Assembly (NCBI GenBank): GCA_024704765.1
Contig: JAKMXF010000255.1
Span: 434,001-498,000, forward strand
Length of the DNA: 64,000 bases
Direction of reading: 5' to 3'
Origin: Oopsacas minuta
Lineage: Eukaryota > Animalia > Porifera
The notes under the pieces were generated by a model that was not told where the DNA came from, ran no database searches, and saw nothing but the letters and a program-made list of their open reading frames with translations. How positions within the stretch are numbered: position 1 is the stretch's first letter; each line of letters starts with the position of its first letter. Positions 11,431 to 24,279 of the stretch are shown in pieces. The translations under genes and the position numbers were made by a program.

Positions 11431-12713
11431 TCAAAGATCACTTATACTTAACCAATTTATGCCATAACGAAATGCACGTACATTTATATATTTATATATT
11501 GTTCCTTATGTGCATTATAGTAAATTATAAAATTTGTGCCTGTATCATTCCAACCACATACTAATATGACCGGTCTGACTTCTAATGCACCAATTATGAT
11601 GAAAAGAAATTGAATATTGATCGAACTAAAACCATATGTGATTTTTAGCACTACAAAATTGTTATCACATATTAGTGCGAACACGTGGTGATCAGTCTCA
11701 ACTGGTCGAAATACTTGTAACTAATTATTTATATGGTATCATTAAATACTGCTATCACGGGAAGAGTTAAGTCCATTGATTAATAAACTGTTCACCTAAT
11801 TAATTAATTACGTAGGTTATTTGAATTTGTTGCATCCTTCAGAAGTAATAATATGTCTTTAGGATATCCAATTTGTAGACCCAGCTGGTCATTTTACGGG
11901 AGTAGTACAATTCCCCGATTTGTTGAAGCATTTTTATCGATCCACGAATTTGTATTAGCTACTATGGAAGTGAATAGTCCGTATAGATGTGTTTCTCTTT
12001 CATTACTTATTAATGCTTATAATTTCTATACATATTTGGTATTTCGTCTAGCCTATCACATTTTCGATGATGGATTCAAGATTGTATAAAGTAACGATAG
12101 GAGGCAAGTTACACAGTGGAACAACATCCAAGGTGTCACATGCCAATAGATAGGACTATAGGTAAAAGTAAACAAGCAAAACTAATGAGCTTATAATAAT
12201 AATAATAAACGAACAAATTAAAAGTAATTTTTTGTCATTCACACTTTTGAAAGTTGCAAATTATACAAAACAAGTTTACTGAAGAACTTCAAGCAAATTC
12301 TTACAGTATCCATACTTGCCAACTGTCCCGCTTTTTCGGACATGTGTTGAGGGCTAATGAATCTAATGTCCTGTCAAAACTTGCCAGAAGCCCTCATTAT
12401 ATGAGGTGCTTATAAATTTCAGAAATGTGATCGGAAAAATGATCTTGATTGTAATCGCGATCATTAATTAGTTTGGTGACCGACTAATGCCATACTGATA
12501 AGATTCCTTAGGTGTGACTAGTGCAGTGAGTACTAAAATCTGTACACAGAGTGACACGGTGATACCCACATCATTTCTGTTCCCCCGTCCCTCAACTTTT
12601 GTTGCTCCTCCCTCCCTACGCCACTGGGTACAACTATATCTGTTTTAAAATACGTAATATTTTAATGCCTCCTTAGCATTATTAGATACCATTAGGCATA
12701 AGGAAGGGGTAAG

Positions 12714-15700
12714 ATGGCAACTGTAAAATTCGCGCCAAACGACTGGAAATTCTCCAACCAAGTTATGACCATGAATGCAGAGAAACAACGTTCTGTGTCG
12801 AATGATGTAAGACAGGCAAGTCATGTATTGCGTAACGAAACAGATGCTAAAACCAAATGGGAGCAGCAGAGCACTGATAAAGCTCTCAAGTTACGAATGG
12901 GCGACGTCACAGCTTGGAGAGATAAAGTTGAGCTGACCTTGTCTCGTACAGACGCAGAAATAGGAGCACTGGGGGAGCTTAAAGAGAGAGCTCAGCTTGC
13001 TTATGAGGAGGATTTAGTACCCCTCAACATGGTAGGGCAGTGTCAAGAGTTAAGGGAGAGAAGAGTGTCTATTGATTTGGTTAGAGACTTCGTAGAAGCC
13101 GAGCTGAACAAAGAAAGAGAGGTACACTTATATTATACTATTTATCTCTATGATAATTTGACTTACCAACACATTTTACAAATTTCCCGGAATTTTGCAT
13201 TCCATCAGAAAATATCCAGAAATATTGTAAATACATTCTCTGGATTTTCAAAGTTTACCTGGATAAGACGTGACATCTCTGTAAAATCCATTGAACACGA
13301 ATTATATGCAATATACAATAGGTAATAGAAGCAATACGAGTGAGATTATTTGAGAAAGTTGGTGAGGCACTGAACCAAGAAAGTTCTCTGCAAGATTCTC
13401 GTAATCAACTACAGATGGATTTAATGGACAAGTGTCAAGCTCTGGAGATTGACAGTGACACTCTACAGCTGAAAGAGAAAACAGATACTCTAACACTGAA
13501 GGAGCACTACACTCTACAGAGAGAGGGTGTTACAGTGGACAGCTGGAATTCTTATAGTTCTTATAATACACTCAAAGCTGAAGAGGAAATGAAATCAAGT
13601 GCAGCTCTTAGAGATTCTATTCGTCATACGATTAAACAGACTACACTTGATATGGACACTCAATTACAGGTACTGTTTATAGTGTAGGGCCAATCCAAAA
13701 TCTTTATCATACAAATTCAGTAGAACTCAGTTAGTAGGTACTTTCTCCAAAATGGTTTTTCTATTCTTGTACTAGTTGTATAAGAAAATATCTGGATAAT
13801 TCCTACCGTATTTCCTTAAATAGTAGTCCCCCTTGAATAATCGCCCGGCTACTATTCAAGGAAATACGGTCAGTTAGTACATATACATATTATTTTTTGT
13901 TTCGGGGGTACATCTTATCCGAGTTCTACTTTATGATAAATTCGTTGTGAAAATCGCTTATGGTATAAGCTCTAAGATTTCGGATACATATTTACTCATA
14001 ACCTATGATAACTTTATTAAGTTTATTATGCACTAATTATTTTACATTACTCGACAGTTCACGAGTTACTCATAGTTCAGTGATTCATAATTCAATATAA
14101 CTCTTTTAATACGATATAATTAAAAGAAGCCTCTACGTATATACCTAGTATTAGAATTCATCTTTTCTATTCAATCATGTGGAATAAGTATTACCGAATT
14201 TAATTTTCAGCGCCTATTTAATACAATATTCATAACAGAAGTCTATATCTTCGATTTTAATTTTGAAATGCGTTTCTTTTCAGACCAATTTAAAAGGAAA
14301 CTATCAGTTATCTACCGTCACTGGTTCTCTGAGGAAGTGAGATGGATATGGGCTCTGATATGGCCTAACTTTGTCACAAATCAATGTTTCACTTTTATAC
14401 TAACATCAGGGCCTATAATATTTGCTGGTAAAATCCTAGACTCCACTACCATGCTAGCCGGTGTAACTTTTTGCGTAACATTCTTCCTAATAGTAGCATT
14501 CATGCCATTGTATGGAGTAGCTTCTTCCCTGGATACGCTAGCTACACAGGCATTCGGGGCTAAGGATTACAAAATGCTTGGAATATACTTACAAAGAGGA
14601 ATGTTGATATTATTCATCCTGTGTATGCCTATTTCTGCTATTCTCCTGCAATTAGAAGAGTTATTGCTACTGATAGGAGAAGATACAGAGATAGCTAGTA
14701 TTAGTGCTAAAATGATGTTATACTCTCTGTTGCTATTACCATTACTTACAATGGTGATATTCGTTAAAGTAGCTGAAGCACAGAGTATTGTCATTCCTAC
14801 TGCTTTACTGTTATTAATGGGAGCTATTATTGATGTACTAGCTACTATTATTATACTATACTTAATGACTAAGTCTGTAATTGGTTTAGCAGTAGGAGGA
14901 TTCGTGTCTATGCTATTAACATTTGGGCTGTTTCTGGTCTACATGTATATGTCTGGAATTATGAAGAAGATTTGGGGCGGATTCAGTTGGCGTGCGTTCT
15001 GCGGTTGGCCGGAGATATTACTGTTAGGATTGCCTATTTCAATTGGTCTCGTTACAGACGCGGTTATTGTTGAATTAGGGAGTTTCCTGGTTGGATTAGG
15101 TGATGACAAACCTGCCATACAAATATCTATTTATGCAATTCTAATTTGTCTTAGTGATTTCCTTGAATTGTGTTCGTATGCAGTATTTATAGGTGTGTCT
15201 GTTCGTGTTGGAAACCTAGTTGGTGCGGGGGAAATTGCCCGCTCGAAGCGAGCAGCTGTGACAGGTGTCATAATCAGTCTTGTGATGACAGGTACAATAT
15301 TACTACTCATGTGTATACCAAAGAATTATATTGGTTATTTATTCGTATCAGATAAAGAGGTGGTTGAAGGAATCTCTGAGTTAGTTGTCTATTTAATACC
15401 TACGTCATTGCTGATGGCTCTCGTATATGCTTTAAACGGTGTATTGAGTGGGTATGGAAAGCAATGGGTTATTATTATACAAGTTATAGTTGCGCTGTTG
15501 GTAGGGTTACCAATATCCTTGGTTCTAACTGGATATGGTTGGGGAGCTCGTGGATATTGGATTGGAGTAATAGCAGGGTATATAGTCAAATTCCTGGTTG
15601 CCTTACTGATCAATTTCTACTACTTATTCTGTGCTAAAATTATGAGAATATCTTCAGAACAGACTCAAAATGATGAAGAGAGAGTTCCTCTTGTAGCAGG

Positions 15701-18700
15701 GGTTGAAACTACAGTAGAGAATTTAACTATGTTTAATCAAGTGAAGGAAAAATTGACTGTAAAGTTTAGTATGTCATGGTCTTATAGTTATATCGGAAAG
15801 AAATCTCGCATACTATGTAAATGGTTGATACCTATCTTCTATGTATTGTTTTGTTTGAGTTTTTTCGTCTCACTAATAACCTGTAAGTACTCTGACATGG
15901 AGCATATTATTCACGTACACACACACTTGAAATATAGTGTAAGAGTTTGTTGTATGAGATTTGTATTTAATAATTCTAATTCAAGCAATACTTCTGGATT
16001 TTAATTACATTAGAATATTTGCTTTTACATTATTGTTCACGATTATAAATGCTCTTATTAAAAGAAAATGTTTCTAGAATTACAATTAAGAACTGCTGGC
16101 TTGAACTAATCCAAGGATTGAGCAGTCTCGGGAGGATTTACAATCTAGGAATGAATTGATTCTATAAGGAATTCAGTTGTTTTTATCAATACCAAAAAAA
16201 TGGTATATTTTCGGACACGAAATGTCTAAGTGATGAAATAATTTATTTTTATACATAAAATTAAAATATTAGCAGTATGTAGCAGAAGTATAAATATGTT
16301 AGTACAGGATGTTCCCCTAAGTAGTCCATCAGTGGCAATTAGAGAGATTTACTTTAGTAATTTGACGTCAATTCAGAAACATTTTCTACAATGTATTATC
16401 GTTGGTCCTGATTCATCATACTCTTCTTTTGATGTCCACATTTTGCTGAAAGTAGAAAGAGAAGCTAGATTTGCTCCTCCTATCCAAGGAAGGAACTTCC
16501 TCCCTGTTGGAGCTATCACCTTGTTAGCTAGAGTAGAGAGGAGAGAGATCTCCTTCTCTAATCTCTCCCTCATACCAGGGAACAAACTGTTTCCTCCTGA
16601 CAACACAATGTTACCATACATATGTTTACGTATGTCAATGTCACACTTGTTGATAGATGAGCAGATGCTCTCGTGGATACCTAGACTAGTTGGTTGACAG
16701 GTGTCAAGAGGATCACTGTTGGACAGGAGGAGTGAGGGTTGGAAGAGAATCTCAGGACACCTGAACAACTCATTACCTAGACTAATGACCTTGCCATCAG
16801 GTAACTGGTAGCTACTTGTTAGTGTATCTGATGATTGATAGTTGAGTGAGACATAAGATAATTTCTCTTTGATGTGACGTACATTGTCTCTCTCTGTCTG
16901 TCCTTGGCATTGGAAGGAGTGTGGATTGTGTTGAGAGAGACACTTTGTAAGATAATCTGTCAGTTTACTTCCAGTTACATTTAGTCTATTTATAGCATGT
17001 GGGAGAGAGTTACCATGTATGATAGGAACTACGTTTGAAGCAGTGTGACCAGTTTCTAGTACAATCCCTGTAGTACGACCTGTTCCATAAAGAGAGAGTA
17101 TAGCACTGTTAGCTATGTATAAAGCTGGAGTGTTGAATGTTTCAAACATTATTTGTCTCATCTTCTCACGGTTAGCTTTAGGGTTTAGAGGCTGTTCAGT
17201 AAGTAAGATAGGATGTTCTTCTGGTGCTATCAGTAGTTGGTTATAGAATACATGATGCCATACACACTCCATATCGTCCCAATTTGTTATAATACCACCC
17301 TCAATAGGATGCTTTATTCTCAGAGTTGTATCACATTCCTTAAAAGTATCTACATAATGTGTCTTGTAGTCTCCGATCCACCAGCCTGGTCCTTGTAGTA
17401 CAGGTCTGCCCACAATAGTCTGAATCGTACAATAAGGTATTGATTCTTTGTTAAATCCTGCTTTTACACTACCTCCACCATTGTCTAGTATTATTATATT
17501 GGGAGGATCTTCACACAACATATTTCTATACGTATATTAAAGATTCTATATTTAAATATATCTCATATGAACATAGGTATTTCAGATTTGGTTGATTTAT
17601 ACGTACCGTATTTCCCTGAATAAGCGCCCAGGTGCTTCTTCTTTTCGTGGGCATTTTTCGTCCAAATATTTCGTCAATTTCGAAAATACAAAAGATTTGG
17701 GAAACCTATCCTAACTTGTAGCATAGTCAATCTGTTGGTAAATTTCCATAAATAGTCTCCTAGAGGTTTTGGAGCTATTTTCTGCCTCCGCGCTTATTCA
17801 GGAAAATACAGTATACGGTATACATCATATTCAGTGACGTAGCTAGAGCACAGGGGATAGGTATCCCTCCCCTCACCTTACTGGATCTTATTTGTGTTTA
17901 TCTAAGTTAATTTGTGCTAGAAACCTAGAACCTTATTCTTTTGATAAGAGCAATTGTAAACCTGTACAGTTTATTTATCCGAAAATCCAGTCGAATGGGC
18001 ATAGAACTTGATTTCATTTTTCTACCCAAATACCTGATTAAAAGTTGAAACCATATGTCTAGAGTATAGATGATCTGTAAATACAATTCTATGAGACTTA
18101 TTAGGTATTGAAAACATTAAGACTCTGACTAGTAATTAATTGTCCACAACAAATTATAATTTTATGATTATTTATCAATGTTGAATCCGCTTGAACCGAA
18201 TACTGATAATATCAGGGTAAATCAACCGAATATCAAATACTGATATTCGGTTGCAACCTTAGATGATATGCACTTATGAAGTCAAAAATTATTCAGAACA
18301 TCTGTCTATTCATTATCGTTGGTCCTGTTTCATCATACTCTTCTTTTGATGTCCACATTTGGTTGAAAGTAGAAAGAGAAACTAGATTTGCTCCTCCTAT
18401 CCAAGGAAGGAACTTCCTCCCTGTTGGAGCTATCACCTTGTTAGCTAGAGTAGAGAGGAGAGAGATCTCCTTCTCTAATCTCTCCCTCATACCAGGGAAC
18501 AAACTGTTTCCTCCTGACAACACAATGTTACCATACATATGTTTACGTATGTCAATGTCACACTTGTTGATAGATGAGCAGATGCTCTCGTGGATACCTA
18601 GACTAGTTGGTTGACAGGTGTCAAGAGGATCACTGTTGGACAGGAGGAGTGAGGGTTGGAAGAGAATCTCAGGACACCTGAACAACTCATTACCTAGACT

Positions 18701-20273
18701 AATGACCTTGCCATCAGGTAACTGGTAGCTACTTGTTAGTGTATCTGATGATTGATAGTTGAGTGAGACATAAGATAATTTCTCTTTGATGTGACGTACA
18801 TTGTCTCTCTCTGTCTGTCCTTGGCATTGGAAGGAGTGTGGATTGTGTTGAGAGAGACACTTTGTAAGATAATCTGTCAGTTTACTTCCAGTTACATTTA
18901 GTCTATTTATAGCATGTGGGAGAGAGTTACCATGTATGATAGGAACTACGTTTGAAGCAGTGTGACCAGTTTCTAGTACAATCCCTGTAGTACGACCTGT
19001 TCCATAAAGAGAGAGTATAGCACTGTTAGCTATGTATAAAGCTGGAGTGTTGAATGTTTCAAACATTATTTGTGTCATCCGCTCACGATTAGCTCTAGAG
19101 TTTAGAGGCTGTTCAGTAAGTAAGATAGGATGTTCTTCTGGTGCTATCAGTAGTTGGTTATAGAATACATGATGCCATACACACTCCATATCATCCCAGT
19201 TTGTTATAATACCACCCTCAATAGGCTAATTAATATTTATTCGCTTTTGTTTCTGAAGTGCTTCATACCCAATATATGTAATTTTCTCTAAAAACGAGCA
19301 CCTGAATGGTCTCCCTACCACAGTTTGAAGTGTTACATACGGTTGTCGATCCTTACCGAGTCCTGCTTTCATTGTATCTCCTCCGTTGTCGATAATAATT
19401 GCGCTTATATCAGTACACTCCATATATTCTAATTCCTTCTCTACTAGTGCAAATGTTTAAACATTGCTTGCTTATTAGCAAAATTTGCAGATGAATAACG
19501 GCTTACCTTAATCCTACTAAAGACATTTTCTTGTGACGGAATATCTAATTTGTATGCAGTGGGACCTTGTAAATACGAACAACAACGCACGGTCAAGTTT
19601 TATTTGTCTTGTCCGGAAATTCGTATTCACCGTGTTAATATTAACGAGGTTGCATTGTATTACACGAATATGTAAATTTTATTTTGGCTTACACAAAACT
19701 TCCAATCAGTTCCTATTATATTATACATTCATATCATATTTCAATTAATTCTATTCTTATTTTCAGGCTACCAATTACGCATTTCGACGTAGAATCCATG
19801 AAACTGAGCAAAGCGTGAAAGAACTTGAATGGCAGAAGAACAAAACCGAGAAAGAAATATCAGATATCAAATCTGAAATTGAGAATTTAGGATCAGCATG
19901 TAATCAGAAGAATATTCCTCTCATGATTGTACAAACTCGTCTGGACACTCGTCGTAATCGTCCTAACGTAGAGTTATGCAAGGATGGAGGGGAGTATCAG
20001 TTAGCTAGTGAAGGCAAAGAGATAGTCGGCAGTATACAAGCTCTGAATGAGAAACTGGCTATAGCTAACAAAGCACAAGAGGAGCTATATCGTACTCTAG
20101 CTCGTGTGGAGGAAGACCTATCTATCAAGAATTATTCTCTACAGATAGACAGACACTGTTTGTCTTTACGAACCGAGAAAAAAGTGAAAGGAGAGGAGGG
20201 TACAGATCCCGATGAGGTTAAACAGGAGGCAGAAGAGGGTAAGGAAGAGAATCGCAACCAGTCCGCTACCTGA
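12714..20273 (+). CDS. TEKT2: Tektin (TEKT2/tektin-B-like); exons 12714-13121, 13322-13669, 19767-20273; about 420 aa
   Basis: GT-AG phase-0 joins give a continuous protein: ...NDW...[17 protein letters not shown] and the tektin nonapeptide RPNVELCKD. The N-terminus resembles the TEKT2 subfamily. Confidence 0.85.
13806..13869. mobile_element. MITE family with CCGTATTTCC termini
   Basis: TIR CCGTATTTCC / GGAAATACGG with TA on the left. Related copies lie at 17606-17811, 30369 (left end only) and 51519-51607. Confidence 0.6.
14268..16004 (+). CDS. MATE family multidrug/toxin transporter (SLC47-like), intronless, nested in tektin intron 2
   Basis: 578-aa ORF with [35 protein letters not shown], two MatE-like halves and an extra C-terminal hydrophobic segment. 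Confidence 0.9.
   Translation: MRFFSDQFKRKLSVIYRHWFSEEVRWIWALIWPNFVTNQCFTFILTSGPIIFAGKILDSTTMLAGVTFCVTFFLIVAFMPLYGVASSLDTLATQAFGAKDYKMLGIYLQRGMLILFILCMPISAILLQLEELLLLIGEDTEIASISAKMMLYSLLLLPLLTMVIFVKVAEAQSIVIPTALLLLMGAIIDVLATIIILYLMTKSVIGLAVGGFVSMLLTFGLFLVYMYMSGIMKKIWGGFSWRAFCGWPEILLLGLPISIGLVTDAVIVELGSFLVGLGDDKPAIQISIYAILICLSDFLELCSYAVFIGVSVRVGNLVGAGEIARSKRAAVTGVIISLVMTGTILLLMCIPKNYIGYLFVSDKEVVEGISELVVYLIPTSLLMALVYALNGVLSGYGKQWVIIIQVIVALLVGLPISLVLTGYGWGARGYWIGVIAGYIVKFLVALLINFYYLFCAKIMRISSEQTQNDEERVPLVAGVETTVENLTMFNQVKEKLTVKFSMSWSYSYIGKKSRILCKWLIPIFYVLFCLSFFVSLITCKYSDMEHIIHVHTHLKYSVRVCCMRFVFNNSNSSNTSGF
16373..17521 (-). CDS. Divergent actin-like protein, copy 1, intronless, nested antisense in tektin intron 2
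   Basis: 382-aa ORF with [51 protein letters not shown] and WIGG...STF...W..K.EYDE.GP.I. Confidence 0.9.
   Translation of the reverse strand: MLCEDPPNIIILDNGGGSVKAGFNKESIPYCTIQTIVGRPVLQGPGWWIGDYKTHYVDTFKECDTTLRIKHPIEGGIITNWDDMECVWHHVFYNQLLIAPEEHPILLTEQPLNPKANREKMRQIMFETFNTPALYIANSAILSLYGTGRTTGIVLETGHTASNVVPIIHGNSLPHAINRLNVTGSKLTDYLTKCLSQHNPHSFQCQGQTERDNVRHIKEKLSYVSLNYQSSDTLTSSYQLPDGKVISLGNELFRCPEILFQPSLLLSNSDPLDTCQPTSLGIHESICSSINKCDIDIRKHMYGNIVLSGGNSLFPGMRERLEKEISLLSTLANKVIAPTGRKFLPWIGGANLASLSTFSKMWTSKEEYDESGPTIIHCRKCF
17606..17811. mobile_element. MITE between the two actin-like copies
   Basis: TA|CCGTATTTCCCTGAATAAGCGC ... GCGCTTATTCAGGAAAATACAG|TA. Confidence 0.7.
18293..19423 (-). pseudogene. 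Divergent actin-like protein, copy 2; full-length frame (376 codons) with one in-frame TAG at 19226-19228
   Basis: ORFs 19226-19423 and 18293-19189 are in the same frame, separated by TAG plus 12 codons ([12 protein letters not shown]). About 690 bp appear identical to copy 1 (offset 1917). Confidence 0.75.
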
Positions 20274-20621
20274 TCACTTATTTATTAATAGTGCATTACT
20301 ATAGCTCATAATACATATCTTGCAAGTAAGTATTTATTGAACTAAATTACATTCATGACTAATAGCATATCACTTTTATGTAACTCTTATATTCACATAT
20401 AACATCTGTCACAATATTCGTAGTGGTCTTTCCAGAGGTGTCTGAATGTCAAATTCCGAACCTCATTAATACGAATATCTGGATTACACCAATTCAGGTC
20501 CCTACAATGGTTATTCATTTGATAATACTCCGGATAGAGCGAACAATTTCCCGCCAGTTGGTGTGCATGTTTACAAGGTTCTACTGTAATTACGAACAAG
20601 TACTTATGTAGTAGAGCCTCA

Positions 20622-22564
20622 ATGCATAGGTTACGAGGCTGCTATCAACTTACCCTCAGCTCTGTTAGACACTACCTAACTACACACAAGTATACCATCA
20701 AACCAATAATGTCATACGTCACTCCTGACATAATTGCTCGATCTGTATGGACAGGAAAACAGCATGTTAATGAGACAGATCCTGAGCTGTACTCTCTTCT
20801 CAAGCAAGAGAAGAGTAGACAGGTTGAGGGATTGGAGCTTATAGCTTCTGAGAATATGACTAGTCAGTCTGTACTGGATTGTCTAGCTTCTTGTCTTACT
20901 AATAAATATTCAGAAGGGTATCCAGGACAGAGATACTATGGAGGTAACCAGGTAGTAGATAAAGTAGAGTTGTTGTGTCAAGAGAGAGCTCTTGCTGCAT
21001 TCAAGTTAGATCCATCTAAGTGGGGTGTTAACGTACAGCCTCTATCTGGATCCCCCGCTAACTTCCAGGTCTATACAGGGCTACTGAAACCCCATGATAG
21101 ATTGATGGGACTAGATCTACCTGATGGAGGTCATCTCACTCACGGATTCATGGCTGGAGATAAACGTATATCCGCTAGTTCTCTCTTCTTTGAGAGTATG
21201 CCTTATAAGATTGATCCTAGTACTGGATTAATAGACTATGGTAAAATGAGAGAGACAGCAAAACTATTCAAACCTAAGTTGATAATAGCAGGTATCACTG
21301 CATACTCTAGACTCCTTGACTACAAGTTGATACGAGAGGTATGTGATGACGTGGGTGCTCATATGATGTCAGACATGGCTCACATTAGTGGGCTGGTTGC
21401 AGCAGGTGTAATCCCATCTCCCTTTGAGTACTCAGATGTTGTCACCACTACGACACACAAGTCTCTCAGAGGACCAAGGGCTGGTATGATATTCTATAGG
21501 ATAGGTGTTAAAGGGACTAATGCTAAGGGGGAGGAAATCTTGTATGATCTTAAGAAACCAATAGACACAGCTGTGTTTCCGAGTCTACAGGGAGGTCCTC
21601 ATGAGAACACCATAGCTGCTATTGCTACCTGTCTCAGACAAGCTATGGAGCCTGACTTCAGAATATACCAAGAACAAGTTTTGAAAAATGCTAAGGTTAG
21701 GATTAGATTTCCATAATGTAACATATTTCCATACAATTTTCTCTTTTGATATCCTTGAAGAACATGTTCAGCTAAGCAAAATCGAAATGTTAGATAATTA
21801 CAACAATAGTAAATTATGGTGAATAATTTGTAAGCTACCAGGTGGTAATATAGTTTTGTGTAAATTACTTAAGTAGTGATTTTAGAAGCTTTGTTATTGG
21901 TCAGGTTACAAAGTTGCTAATTGAACAGCTTTGACCATTTCGAAACTTTCAATTGCTGTTCAATTAGCAATTTTGTAACTGACCAAACGCTAAACAGTAG
22001 TTTGTATGAGAGAATGAGATGATTTTTTCCAATTAAAAACCTTCCAACTCTGCTATGTTAAGTTCTCCACCAACCATTGAGTAAAATTATATGTCATAGA
22101 CTCATAGTATTATGAAATTTGTATAGGCTCTGTCGGCTGAATTATGTGAGAGAGGGTTAAGTATAGTTACTGGAGGAACAGACACCCATCTGTTTTTGGT
22201 AGATCTACATCCTAAGGGACTAGATGGAGCTCGTGCTGAGTACATGCTAGAGTTATGTAATATAACTGTTAACAAGAACATGGTACCTGGAGACAAGAGT
22301 GCTCTTTCTCCAGGAGGACTCAGATTAGGTGTACCCTCATTGACTACTAGGAATATGAATGAAGTTGATATGAAGCATGTAGCTGACTTTATTGTCAGAG
22401 CATTAGAGATAGCTGTATTAGCTAAGAATCAGTGTACTGAGAGATTGAAGGGTTGGAAGGAATTTGTACAAAAAGATGAGATGAGGATTATTTGGGAACC
22501 TTTGAGAGAGGAAGTTAGAGAATTCTCTATTCGCTTCCCAATGCCTGGAGCTAATAACTACTGA
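20622..22564 (+). CDS. SHMT2: Serine hydroxymethyltransferase, probably mitochondrial; exons 20622-21695 and 22127-22564; about 503 aa
   Basis: [38 protein letters not shown]-lysine motif [12 protein letters not shown] and FPSLQGGPH. The N-terminus is Arg/Ser-rich and presequence-like. Phase-0 GT-AG intron. Confidence 0.92.
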
Positions 22565-23775
22565 ATAGATATATAGAGTTAGTGTCTTATATTATTTGCT
22601 CTACTAATACGTAAATAGAGGCGAAACTAATTGTGTCACTTTGAATTTTCTAGTTTGTTACCTGCGTTTATTCAAAATGATCGAATTTATTGAATGTTAT
22701 TATTATTTTCTAGTTGATCGTCGATAAACTCCTGTAAGTACTTCAAAGCTTTATACATTATGTACCTAAAGTGCTTTTATTTGAGTTGTGATTTCTCCGA
22801 TATTTCTCATAATCCAATAAACATGTCTCTCTTGATAAATAGAAATATGTTACATACCAATACACCAATATATGTTAAAGGTAATTATCAATCAGTAGTA
22901 CTCTGTTGTATCCTAACAGGAGTTTGAGGTTTTGACTTTACAAGGGTTAAATGAATGCCAGGTGTATTGAGTTGCCACAGAGAATGTTTATAAGCCTCAA
23001 AGAATGACAATATTCCAAAAGTGAAACCTCTTATTTATTCGTGAATAGGAATTTTCAGGCCCATATAGTGGATATAGGAGTATACACAGTAAATTAATAA
23101 ATATTCTCGTCCCGACATACTCCTTATATGGTGTGTATTATATTATCCTCATCAAACTAAGGACTTTACATGAACTACGTGGTACAAGGATTGATTTCAA
23201 CAATCTATATAAATTAATTATTACTATTACGATATTTACGTCAGAATTAGATAGAATAAAATATTTTAGGCTAAATTTTGATGACATAGATCTAAACTCT
23301 ATCTGTGTCATACACTCTATTATTAGTCTATTTTTACCAAAAAGGTGAAAGTTTACTTAAATTATATTAACAATTGCGTAATATTTATGTGATTTATGTT
23401 GTATACAGAACAGAGCATTTATTATATGAAATACCAGAAATGAAGCCTACCACTTTCCTGTGTTGTGGACTTGTGGTACAATTTATTTTATTTTAAACTG
23501 ATAGACTATTTGTAAATTCTAAATTGCTGTTCGCACTATGTGTCTGACATTGAGTTTTTTGCTTAGTATGATACCGACATAAAATTATACTTTTCCTGCA
23601 ATTTTCTTCTCGCATAAGTAATTTTCATTTTACTGTGATAACAGCTTGTTTCCTTTGCAGCTGTTTTGGCGTTTATGAATCTGTCTAGCTTTTATGCTTT
23701 TTTTTGCCCAAATTATTAATTGGTTATCTACACGTTGCTTTCTAACGTGTCAATAGAAGGTATTGCTCTAATGAT

Positions 23776-24279
23776 TCTAATATATATATATATAAAACAA
23801 AGTGTATGTGTGTATGTCCGCGCGTTTTCTCAAAGATGCCTGGGCCGATTCGAACCAAATTTTGTGTGTCGACTAAGTAATACTCAACCTTTCCAAATTA
23901 GAATTATTTTTCGAATCGAGCCATTTTGGATAAGATATGTGAATTTTTCACACCTCGCCCATATAAATCAATACATTTTCGGAGTAGGTGATAGACATCA
24001 TATACAAATCACCAACAAATCACTAGACACCGTAGTGGAGCAGAATAATGATGTTCAATAACTCAGTTTCTAAACTCCTTGTAACCACAAGGATTACCAC
24101 CTCACAGCTTATCACTCAAAATCGGTGCTCCTATCATGCTTTTGATTATTCATTGAGAGCTATTACATGCGGACGCGTAGCGTTCGCAAACTTCAAAAGA
24201 CAATCGTGAGGGCCGAAGGCCCGAAAACATTCCGCAGAAATCAGCAGAAAAGCCGTCCAGAAATCGGCGTTGGCGTTAG
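23776..24279 (+). mobile_element. Possible non-autonomous Helitron-like element
   Basis: Starts tc-(ta)n-aaaac...gtatgtccgcgcgttttctcaaa...gccgattcgaaccaaatttt and ends in a GC-rich segment followed by TTAG|T, resembling animal non-autonomous Helitrons. No ORF. Confidence 0.4.

Noticed and set aside
7070-11467. Short ORFs repeated on opposite strands (7070-7483 / 11120-11467 and 7705-7887 / 10641-10898)
   Set aside because: They are antisense shadows of the inverted GPCR-like pair.
11853-12089. 78-aa ORF between GPCR-like paralog B and tektin
   Set aside because: No motif or coding signature that I can support.
16296-18614. Duplicated plus-strand ORFs 16296-16697 and 18276-18614
   Set aside because: They are antisense shadows of the duplicated actin-like genes; their similarity is explained by that duplication.
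20393-20611. Overlapping 68-aa (minus, Cys-containing) and 62-aa (plus) ORFs between tektin and SHMT
   Set aside because: Neither starts with ATG or has a recognisable family; most likely SHMT 5' flank or UTR.
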